From the human T2T-CHM13v2.0 reference genome, Homo sapiens: a stretch of DNA of 64,000 nt. The stretch lies in NCBI RefSeq assembly GCF_009914755.1, contig NC_060936.1; one strand, written 5' to 3'. Each line of letters opens with the position of its first letter. The first letter of the stretch is position 1. The notes below the pieces were generated by a model. The model saw nothing but the letters and a program-made list of their open reading frames with translations. It was not told the origin of the DNA and ran no database searches. Both the position numbers and the translations under genes were made by a program. Positions 53,767 to 64,000 of this stretch are shown here, one piece after another.

Positions 53767-55350
53767 TCCCATTTGTCTATGTTTGTTTTTGTTGCATTTT
53801 CTTTTGAGGTCTTAGTCATAAATTATTTGCATAGGCCAATGTCCAAAAGTTTGTCCTAGGTTTTCTTCTAGGACTTTAATAGTTTCATGTCTTACATTTT
53901 AAGTCTGTAGTCCATTTTGAGTTAATTTTTGTATATGGTGAAACATGAGTCCAGTTTCATTCTTCTGCATATGGTTAGCTAGTTTTCCCAGCACCATTTA
54001 ATTAAACTAAAGAGTTTCTGCATAGCAAAAGAAATAATCAACAGAGCAAAAAGACAAACCTATAGAAAGAGAGAAAGTATTTGCAAACTATGCATCTGAC
54101 AAAGGTCTAATATCCAGAATCTATAAAGAACTTAAACAAATCAACAAGAAAAAAACAAAGAACCTCATTAAAATGTGGGCAAAGGACATAGGCACTCCTT
54201 AAAAGAAGACATAGAAGCAACCAACAAACATGAAAAAATGTTCAACATCACTAATTATCAGAGAAATGCAAATTAAAACCACAATTAAATACCATCTCAC
54301 ACCAGTCAGAAAGGCTATTACTAGAGTCAAAAAATAACAGATGTTGCCAAGGGAGAAAAGGGAATGCTTCCACACTGTTGGTGGAAATATTAAATTAGTT
54401 CAAACCCTATGGAAAACAGTATGAAGATTTCTCAAAGAACGAAAAATAGAACTACCATTCAACGTGGCAATTCCGCTACTGGGTACCTAGCCAAAGGAAA
54501 AGAAATCATTCTATCAAGAAGATACCTGCACTGGTATGTTCGCTCTGTCGCCCAGGTTGGAGTGCAGTGGCGTGATCTCGGCTCACTGCAAGCTCCGCCT
54601 CCTGGGTTCACGCCATTCTCCTGACTTAGCCTCCTGAGTAGCTGGGACTACAGGTGCCCACCACCACACCCGGCTAATTTTTTGTATTTTTAGTAGAGAC
54701 AGGGTGCACTGGTATGTTTAAGGCAGAATTATTCACAATAGCAAAGTCATGGAATCAACCTAAATGTCAATCAACAGTTGACACTTAGGTTGATTCCATG
54801 GTACATATGAATATACCGCGTTTTTAATACAAACAACTGTTACGGATTTCATTCCATGGTATATGTGTGCATACATATTGGTATATGTTGATTGACACTT
54901 AGGTTGATTCCATGGTATATATACCTACCGCATTTTTAATCCAATCACCTGTTATGGACTGTATTTCATGCTATGTGCATTTATCATGGAACACTACACA
55001 GCCATAAAAAAGAATGAGATTATGTCCTTTGCAGCAACATGGATGGAGCTGGAGGGCAGTATCCTAAGTGACATTACTCACAGAAAAAAATCAAATATTG
55101 CTTGTTCTCACTTATACGTAAGAGCTACACAATGGATACACATGGACATAAACATGAAAATAGCTGCTGAAGATTCCAAATGTGGGGAGGGTGCAAGGGA
55201 GATGAGGGTTAAAAATTACCTATCAGATACAATGTTTACTATTTGGGTGATGGCTTCACTAGAAGCCCAAACCTCACCATTATGCAATATATCTGTCCAA
55301 CAAACTTGCACATGTACTCCGTGAGTCTACAGTAAAATAAAATAACGAAA
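53767..55350 (+). mobile_element. L1PB (about L1PB2/3) with 5' inversion (53767-~54000 on the - strand)
   Basis: The inverted part ends ...gacaaatggga and the forward part starts ttaattaaactaaag, which are adjacent in L1; L1PB-type 3' UTR. Confidence 0.9.
54541..54704 (-). mobile_element. AluY fragment truncated at both ends, no poly-A
   Basis: Y-type diagnostics gcaagctccgcc and ttcacgccattc; 14-bp TSD TGCACTGGTATGTT at 54527-54540 and 54705-54718. Confidence 0.93.
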
Positions 55351-55475
55351 AAGGAAAAGTCCAAATCAGTGTATGTATTGATCTTAATGTTACAATAATA
55401 AGTCCCTATTGACTGATTTATATAAACTTGACTAGTAACATCCAGAAATTTTTTTTTTTAAAGAGAGCGAGAAAG

Positions 55476-55983
55476 CATTTTTGTATATAGCACAGAAAAT
55501 CAGGCTATTGGTGAAACTGAGCAGTGGTGTAAATGTGAAATGCCTTATAGAAGTATGGTGTCACAATGACCACCATATATGACCTGAAGAAACAGAAGGA
55601 TAAACTGTCAAAATTCTATGCTGAAAGGGATGAACAGAAGAAAAATAGGAAAACACTGCATAAAGCTAAAAATGAAGATTTCGTTTACGTACTGAAGGGG
55701 TGGATCTATCAGCATTTCAGTGAACACATGACACTCAATAGTATGTTGATGAGGAAACTAAGATCTATCACAATGAACTGAAAATTGAAGGGTATTGTAA
55801 ATGTTCAACAGGCTAGTTGCAGAACATTAAGAAAAGTCACAGCATTAAATTTTTAAACTTTTATGGTGATAAAGCATCTGCTGATCATGAAGCAGCCAAG
55901 AAATTCAGTGACAAGTTTGCCAAGGTCATTGCTTGTGCAAATCTGATGCCAGAATAAATGACTTCAGAAAGACACTGATTACA
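55476..55983 (+). pseudogene. Tigger4 pogo-family transposase remnant (CENP-B/Jerky-type HTH region)
   Basis: TTIYDLKKQKDKL..FYAE.DEQ..NRKTLHKAKNED followed by GDKASADHEAA; frameshifted. Confidence 0.85.
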
Positions 55984-55985
55984 AT

Positions 55986-58080
55986 TTCCCATAAGTTTGG
56001 TATGTGGTGTGTCTATTTTTGTTTGTTTCTAAGAAATTTTTAAATTTCTCTTTATATTTCTTCTTTTAATCATTGGTTGTGCAGAAGTGTGTTATTTAAT
56101 TTCCATGTACTTGTGAATTTCTCAATGTTCCTCCTGTTATAAATTTCTACTTTCATACCTTTATGATTGGAAAAATACTTGATATGATTTCAGTCTTCTC
56201 AAATTTGTTAAGATTTTTTTTGTGGCCTAACATATGATCTGTCCTGGAGAATGTTCCATTTGCACTGGAGAAGAATGTGTATTCTGCTGCTGGGTAGTAT
56301 GTTCTGTGTATGCCTATTAGGTCTATATGGTCTATAGTTTTGTTTGAACCCACTATTTCCTTAAAGATTTTCTGTCTGTATCTCCATTATTGAGAGTGGA
56401 GCAATAAAGTTCCACCATTATTGCTATTTATTTCTCCTTTCAGTTCTGTTAGTATTTGCTCTATATGCTTAGATATTCATGTGTGGTATATAAATATTTA
56501 CAATTGTTCTATCTTCTTGATTTATTGACCCCTTTATCATTAAATAATAACCTTCATTGTCTCTTGTGATTATTTTAGACTTAAAGTCTATTGTTCTAAT
56601 ATAAGTACAATCTACCAAGACTGAATTATGAAGAAATAAAAATCTGAACAGAAAAATATTCAGCAAGAAGATTGAATCAGTAATCAAAAACTTCCCAGCA
56701 AAGAAAAGCCCAGGTGCAGATGCCTTTACTGGTGACTTCTTTCAAATATTTAATGAATTAACACCAATCCTTCTCAAGTGTTTCAAAAAAATTGAAAAAG
56801 TGAGAACACTTGCTTCCAAATTTATTTTGTGAAGCCATCTTCACCCTGACACCAAAGCCAGATAAGAACACTCTGAGAAAAGAAAATTACAAGCCAATAT
56901 CCCTGATGAACTTAGATACAAAATTTCTCAAAAAAATGCTAGCAAACCAAATTCAACAGCACATTAAAAGTATTATACATGATGATTCAGTAGGATATAT
57001 CCTTAGGCTGCAAAGATGGTTCAATGTACACGAATCAATAAATGTCATACACTGCAGCAACAGAAAGAATGATAAAAATCATATGATCATCTCGATTAAT
57101 GCAAAAAGTTGACAAAATCCAACATCATTTCATGATAAAAACTCTCAACAATGTGACTATAAAAGAAATGTACCTCAACATAATAAAGGCCTTATATTAC
57201 AAGCCCAAAGCTAACACCATACTAAATGGTGAAAAGTTGAAAGCTTTTCTTCTTAAGATTAGGACAAGACAAGGATGTTTACTCTCAATGCTTCTCTTAA
57301 ACATAGTACTGAAAATCTTGGCCAGGGTGATTAGGCATAAAAATAAATAATAGGCGCCAGAATTAGAAAGAAAGAAGCAAAATTGTTCCTGTTTGCAGAC
57401 ATGATGTTACATGTAGAAAACCCTAAAGACTCTACCATAAAACTGTTAGAATAAAGAAATTCATTAAAGTTGAAGGATACAAAAGCAACATACAAAATTC
57501 AATTTTGTTTCTCTACACTAATAATGAACTATCTGAAAAAGAAATCAAGAAAACAATTCCATTTACAATAGCATTAACAACAATAAAATACTTAGGAATG
57601 AAGTTAATCTAAAAGGGTAAAAAATCTGTATGCTAGAAAACGATACTGCATTAATGAAAAAAAATTGAAGACACGAAAAATGGAAAGATATCCTGTGTTC
57701 ATGGACTGATATAATTAATATTGTTAAAATGTTCATACTACCCAAAGTGATCTATAGATTCAATGCAATCCCTATTAAAATCACAATGGCATCTCTAACA
57801 CGAAAAAAAAATTCTTTAAATTAATCTCTAATAGCCAAAGCATCTTGTGGAAGAAGAAAGAAGCTGAAGGTATCACACTTCCTGATTTTAAACAATATTA
57901 CAAAGTTATAATAATAAAAATAGTGTGGTATTAGCATGAAAACAGACACTAGACCAATTGAACAGAATAGAGAGTTCAGAAATAAAACCCATGCATATAT
58001 AGCTGAATAATCTTTTACAAGGGCGTCAAGAATACACAATGAGGAAAGGTCTATGTAATAAATAGTGTTGGGCACATTGA
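55986..58080 (+). mobile_element. L1MA-like element with an inverted EN segment (55986-56607 on the - strand)
   Basis: ORFs 56153-56353(-) and 56469-56687(-) are EN pieces; forward ORF2 starts at 56606. The right boundary is uncertain. Confidence 0.8.
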
Positions 58081-61000
58081 ATGTTCACATCTGCAGGAAT
58101 AAAGCTAGACCCCTACCTTATACCGTGTACAAAAATTAACTCAAATAAATAAAACTGAGAGCTTAAATTATACAACTCTTAAAGGAAACATAGGCACAAA
58201 TCTTTGTCTTACATATCACGTCAAAAGCATAATCAGTAAAAGAAAAATTAAAACTTTCTATTGAAATTTAAAACTTTTATGCTTGAAAGGGCACTATCAG
58301 GAAAGTGAAACGATAACCCACACAATGAGATAAATGTTTTCAAATAATATATCTGATAAGGGGCTTTTATCCAAAATATATAAAGTATTCTTACATTTTA
58401 ATAATTTTAGAAAGCCCAAATAATCCAATTAAAAAATTTGAAGATATACAAATTGCCAATGAGCACATAAAAAGATGTTAAACATTATTGATAGTTAGGG
58501 AAATGTAAAATAAAATCACAATAAGGTATTCCTTCACATCTGTTAGGATGATTATAATTTAAAAGAAAAACAGAAAATAACAAGGATTTTCAAGGATGTG
58601 GAGAGATTGGGATCCTCCTACATTGCTAGTAGAAATGCAAAATGGTACAGAAACTGTGGAAAACAATTTGGTAGTTTCTCAAAAATGTAAACACAGAATT
58701 ACCATGTGACCCAGCAATTTTACCCCTAGATATATATTCAAAAAAATTAAAAGGATATGTCCCACAAAAACTTGTACATGAATGTGCATAGTAACATTAT
58801 TCACAATAGTCAAAAAGTAGAAACATTCTAAATGTTTATCAAATTATGAATGGATAAAACAACATATATCCATACAATGAAACAGTATTTGGCCATAAAA
58901 ATGAATAAATTTCTATAACATGCTACAACATGCAGTAACCTTGAAATATTATGCTAAGTGCAAGAATACAGACATGCAAAGGTTATATATTATATGATTC
59001 TATTGAAGTGAAATGCTCATATAGGTAAAAGAGACAGAAAGTAGACAAGTGGCTACCAAAGGCTGAAGGAAGGGAGAAATGGGAAATGACAGCTTATAGG
59101 CATAGGGGTTATTTTGTGGATGATAAAAATGTTTTGAAATTAGATGATGGTAATGGTTGTACAATTTTGTGAGTATACTGAAAACCACTGAATTGTTCAC
59201 TTTAAAAGGAAAAATTTTTTATGTGTAAATTATATCTCAATAAAAAAAGAATTAGTGCTGGTTTTTCATAATGTTGCCAGAGTGTATTTGAGATACAGCT
59301 AATGAATTCTTTATTTTATATAATTTGCATAGTAGTCATATTTCCCATGCTCTGTCTTTTGCTTTTTATAAGAAAACATACTTCATGTAATCATTGGCAT
59401 CATTATTCTATAATTGTCTACATAAAAGAGATATAAGAAAACTACTGACTATCATAAACAGACAAAATTGATTTACAAGGTAAATAAAACAAGGTAGAAT
59501 AGCTAATTGGAAATTCTCAAAGATATAAAGCAAAAACATTTACAGGTTTGGTAGTATTTTTGTGTAGGACTCTATATGTCTATATATTTATGTGTGTGCA
59601 TGTGTCAGGGAATAGTAATAAGTAAAAGGTATGTTTCTCATTAATGTGAAAGCTGTATGCATCCAGAGATCTAAAGTGTCAGTAGCATGGTAACTGGTAG
59701 ATTACTTACAAAGTGAAAGTGTGCTGATGGTGTTAAAAAAAAAAAAATCTACTGTGATCAATGAGTTTCCCATTATGTGCCACAGTCATAAAGAGTCCTG
59801 GGCTCGCCAAAAATGAAAGATAAAGAGTAATAACTGCTATAATTTTCTGTTGAATCACCTAGTTGTATAAGGGAAATATTTTTTTCATTTTGCTTGATGG
59901 ATTTGTCTCCAGCAGTGCAGAATTAATATATTCATTTATTTCTATACCTTTCTACCCGTTTTTTAAAAATCAAGTAACTTTAGTTAAGATTTTTTCACTT
60001 TAATAATCACAGTTTTAATTTGAGCATTAAAACTTAAAGAAATAGGACTCATTCTTACAGTAATTTTATTTCTAAAATATTTATCAGTTAAAGTAAAATT
60101 TCAATGCTGTCACAAAGATTTCTGAATAATTTATTATTAAAAAATTTTAAACTTTTTTCCTATTAGACTCAAATTATATATTATGCTCCATTCTTAATTA
60201 AGTTATTTCTACATATTTATGTTAAAACTTTGGTAGTAAGTTTTTTGAGTTTCTAATTTGTGGAGATTTTTAAAATTGTTATATTCTTATACATGATTCA
60301 ACCATGTGATTATTTCAGCTGTTGTCTCTTTTGAAAGCCATGTTTTTCTATTTCAATGCTCTGGGATGCCTACATTTGTTCTTCTTAAGAGTTTTCTGTT
60401 TAAAACTATTATAGTACATTATTTTTCTCAGAGAAGAAATGAACTGTAAGTTGCATAATTGACTTTAGTTATTGCCCATGTTACTATTTTTTTACTTTTT
60501 TTATTATATTATACTTGCCTTTGATTCCTACATTCTTTGTGATTAGGTATGATATTAATGAGAAATAAATGACCATTATTTGGAGACAGAAAAGCAGGGG
60601 AAAAGAAACAGTAGATAAGTTAGTTAAGGAGGTAAAAAGAGAAAGGGCAATTGAGAGTCTAACTAGGTTTTACTTACATTCATTTAAAAAAAAATAAAAA
60701 ACTCTTAATCGTAGCTTTGTTTTAAAAATAAAAAATTTTACGCAGGACATGGAATATATTAATGTATTCTTATGATATTACCACACATCCCTGGTAGCTC
60801 AAAAGAATTCTCTCTGCCCAAGATTTTCACCAGAATATGTAAAGATGAGGCTGGGTCAGCATGGGTTGGTTGCATAAACTTTTTCAGGTTATTTGACCAA
60901 GATTTTGAGGTCTTGAATTATGGACATTTAACTTCATATTTTTATAATTGTACAACAGTTAAAGTCTTCAAAAGTAAAAGACAATTCACACTGAAAACAA

Positions 61001-61169
61001 ATTTTTGCTGTAAGTTGTTTTTTAATAGAAAAACATACAAATCAACTGTGTCATTAATTAGCTCAATATTTACCCAATAGTCTATATATGCATGTCTGTT
61101 TTGCAATCTCTACAAAATCATAAAGTTGTTATAGATTGGCAGCGCCAAAGGCAAGTTTTTTCAAATATA

Positions 61170-61694
61170 TGTTGGTTATCTTTTGCTGCATAACAAATTA
61201 TCCCAAACTTAGCAAGTTAAAATGGCAAACAGCTTAGCTGGGTCAAAGTCTCTAATAAGGTAGCTGTCAAGCTGTCAGCTGGGGCTGTAGTCATCTCAAA
61301 CCATAACTGGGCTGAAGAATTCACTTTCAACCTCACTCACATGGTTGTTGGCAGGGTGTGGTTCCTCACATGCCATCTGCAACTGAAACCTTTGGTTTCT
61401 TGGGATGTGAGCCTCTCTATGGGTTTTCTGAATGACCTCATGATATGGAAGCTTGCTTCTCTCGGTATACTTGGTGAGAGAAAGAGAACGCGCATGTACG
61501 AGAGAGTGCACACACCCGAGATGGAGGCCAGTCTTTTTAAAACTTAATCTGGAAGTGGTATCACATTACTTCTGTCACATTCCATTTGTTGCAAGTGAAT
61601 CACTAAGTGTAATCTATGCTTAAGGGAAGAGGATTCACAATGAACATCAGGTGGCAGAATCACTGACGGCCATCTTAGAGGCTAGCTAACACTA
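61170..61694 (-). mobile_element. MLT1 (F/G/H-like) LTR
   Basis: tgttggttatcttttgctgcataacaaattatcccaaacttagc...ggccatcttagaggctagct. Confidence 0.85.
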
Positions 61695-61759
61695 TATACC
61701 AAAGTTTCCCTCAGTTGCTAGAAAATCGGCCACACAGAACTGTACTCTTTTCTGTAGAC

Positions 61760-62800
61760 AAAATAATGACTTCTGAATTTTCATTTTGGGCAACCAGGTA
61801 AATAGTAACACCATTTATTAAGAGAGCACTTGTGGAAGGCTGGGTTTGAGGAAGGAGGTCATGAGTTCAGGTACACACATATTAAATGTGTTAGGTTTGT
61901 AGTTTTTCTAAGATTTCCAGTTGGAGATTTTATGTAGGCAATTTGCTACTTGAGTCTGGAGCTCAGAGGAAAACTTTGGAATGAAGATACTCACTTGAAA
62001 GTATTCATAATATAGATGGTAATTAATAATATGGGCATGGATAAAATCATGAAGTTGAGAATACAGAGTAAGAAGAGGAAGAGACCAGTGACAAAACCTC
62101 TAAGAACTCAAGATCAAAAACCAGATAAAGGAAAGTGATCTAGCAAGAAAATCTGAGAATTAGTCCTAGAAGTAAATGAAAATGAGGGAATTTGGTGATA
62201 AGGAGGCTAGTGTTGAGATTGTGTCAAGAAGACATAGTACTCTACACTCTCGAATGATGCTGAGAGAGTCAAACAGCAGAAGTCTGTCTAGAAAAATGCT
62301 GACTGGCTTAGTTTGATTGTTGCAGGAACCATGTGCATGAAGCGGTGGGAGAGGGCCACAGCCTGGAGTGAGTTGAGGACTAAGTGGCTGGTTAGTGAAT
62401 CGGTGAGCTTGGGTGACTTTCTCAAAGCTTTGTAAAAGAGAGAAAATATACAGTAACAGTAGGAAAGGGAAGTAGAGTCCAAAGATGGTATTTTCTTTAA
62501 AATATGAAAATGAATTGCATATGTTTAAATGATGGGAAGAGTGCAACAGAAAGAAGTTAAAAGAACAAGAAAGAAAGTTGTAATGAATAATGTGAGTTTC
62601 TGTGGAAAGTTGGGATGTGGGTCCTATAACACAGATGGAGGATTATCTCCAGAACTATAATAAGATGGAAAGAAAACAGAAGATGTGGGAAATAAGGATG
62701 CAGGCAGGTTTCTAGGTTTGATGGCAGAAAAGTGAAGGCATTTTTTTCTGATGGTTTCATTTTCTCTGTGAAGTAGGAGAAGAGGTCATGTGCATATTAA
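61760..62800 (-). mobile_element. L2 body
   Basis: 'gtcatgagttcagg...gagtctggagctcagagg...ttttttctgatggtttcattttctctgtgaagtagg'. Confidence 0.75.
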
Positions 62801-62896
62801 TGCTGTTATTATTACCCATGCTGTATTTCTGCTAATTAAAGAAACTTTCTCTGAAATAATGGTATATAAGTAACCACCTATTAGGTGAGGAAACAA

Positions 62897-63160
62897 TTTA
62901 CTCATTCATTAAACAAATGCTTCCGAGTACCTGTCTGCCTGCCCAAACTCACAGTCAACTTGAGAGGGCAGGAATGCACATATTCACAACGCAATGTGCC
63001 AAGTGTGACACTAGAGATAAAAACAACATTCTGTGAGCGCATAGAGGAAGACAAACTAGGAGAATTATAGGAAACTTGACAAAGATGGAAAGCTGAAGAT
63101 GGGTTTTGAAGAATGAGTAAGAGTTTGCTAGAAACAAAAGTTAGCAACAGTGTGGACATA
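62897..63160 (-). mobile_element. L2 3' end
   Basis: ttactcattcattaaacaaatgcttccgagtacctg...gatgggttttgaagaatgagtaagagtt. Confidence 0.7.
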
Positions 63161-63509
63161 GGACCCTTAATCAAGAAAAATTATACTTATACAATTTTAA
63201 ATCCTCCAGGGTTTGGGGGACTTCAGGCTAGGAGTAAATACCTCATAAATATTGCTTCAGATCTAGAAATTGGACTGGTAGCCTGGGAAATGGTTGTGCA
63301 ATGAAAGAAACTCATTTTAGCAGGAAATAATGGACAAATATGTTAGCTTGAAATTAAGTGCAGAGATATGGAAAGACACATGAAAATCCAGTTTTGACTT
63401 CATGAGTTACCAACAAGCAAAACAAAATTATTTCATACAAACGTGTTTATCACGGTAGAGTTATGAGGATAATACACGAGTACACATAAAGAACATCAAA
63501 GTCAGCTCT

Positions 63510-63990
63510 GGCAAAGGCTGTTTGATGCCCTCAGTCTCTCCTCTTCTATATAATAAAATTCTCAATTTTAGTTAAGTAGATTACCTGAATACAGACTATA
63601 CATCTCAATTTTTTCTGCTACTAGTTGTGGTAAAATGACTAAGTTCTGATAATAAGTGTAGGAAAGTGGTGTGGAAATTTCTGAAATGTGTCCTTAAAGG
63701 GGAAGTGTATTTCCTTCTTATTTTTGCTTCTTGGATGCATATGAGATTGCTGAAGCTCTATCTGGAACTCTAAGGCCCCTGATAGCTCACTTTAAGGGTG
63801 GTGGAATGCAAAGCTGGAAACAGCCTGGGCTCCCAAGGATTGCAGTGCAACAGGGCCAATTCCTAATTGCCTATATCCACAAAATTAAATTATATTTTAT
63901 TTTGTTGTATTACTTAAGCAACTGCTTTGTTAAAAAAATATATTGTCACCAAACCTCTTATACACTCGTAACCAGACACATCAACTAGCC
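63510..63990 (+). mobile_element. LTR33-like LTR
   Basis: agactatacatctc...tagttgtggtaaaatgactaagttctg...tgtgtccttaaagggg. Confidence 0.6.
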
Positions 63991-64000
63991 AACAAAACTA

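Larger units (their letters stand above)
53306..55983 (+). mobile_element. Tigger4 (Zombi) left part, split by an L1PB (pieces 53306-53766 and 55476-55983)
   Basis: TA followed by a TIR-like 'cagattgggcatctctaa..caaaaatccaaaatcc'; transposase start MSKRP at 53710. Confidence 0.9.
43480..59250 (+). mobile_element. Old near full-length L1 host (L1M4-type 5' end, L1MB-type 3' end) carrying nested insertions
   Basis: Collinear pieces: 5' region/ORF1 43480-45307 and 45674-45910; inter-ORF/EN 46540-47630, 48230-48546 and 48794-48840; ORF2 51500-51645 and 52345-53305; L1MB-type 3' end ~58080-59250 with AATAAA at 59239. Assigning the 3' end to the same element is inference. Confidence 0.7.

Noticed and set aside
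54778-54960. Repeat-spacer-like pattern reminiscent of CRISPR
   Set aside because: There are only two units, both derived from inverted L1 sequence, in eukaryotic DNA with no cas genes.
55566-55781. JRK/JRKL/TIGD-like peptide, possible domesticated gene
   Set aside because: It lies in a TIR-bearing Tigger4 that is split by an L1 and frameshifted.
1-64000. A novel multi-gene biological system
   Set aside because: I see no intact coding genes, structured RNA genes or operon-like organisation; the content is explained by known mammalian repeat families plus local rearrangements.

Overview
Primate (probably human or other catarrhine; an AluY-type copy is present) AT-rich, CpG-poor genomic DNA that is intergenic or deep intronic. 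I see no intact protein-coding exon, RNA gene or CpG island, and I could not identify the locus. The ORFs I can assign are fragments of L1 ORF1/ORF2, Tigger transposase, LTR or Alu sequence; the rest look like chance frames. More than half of the window is interspersed repeat: a near full-length fossil hAT transposon (1.5-4.8 kb), an L1MA carrying an L1PA, an AluJ and a complete two-LTR THE1 provirus (5.0-10.7 kb), many L2/MIR/MaLR/ERVL relics, and a ~16 kb nested stack (43.5-59.3 kb). In that stack an old L1MB-type host carries about ten later insertions. I found no evidence for a new biological system. The best observations are mechanistic scars readable from the sequence: five 5'-inverted (twin-primed) L1s, a tail-less AluY with a perfect target-site duplication (TSD), a candidate L1 3' transduction, templated insertions copied from nearby DNA, and repeated fold-back rearrangements at one homologous L1 site. 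Subfamily names come from my recall of consensus sequences and need Dfam/RepeatMasker confirmation.
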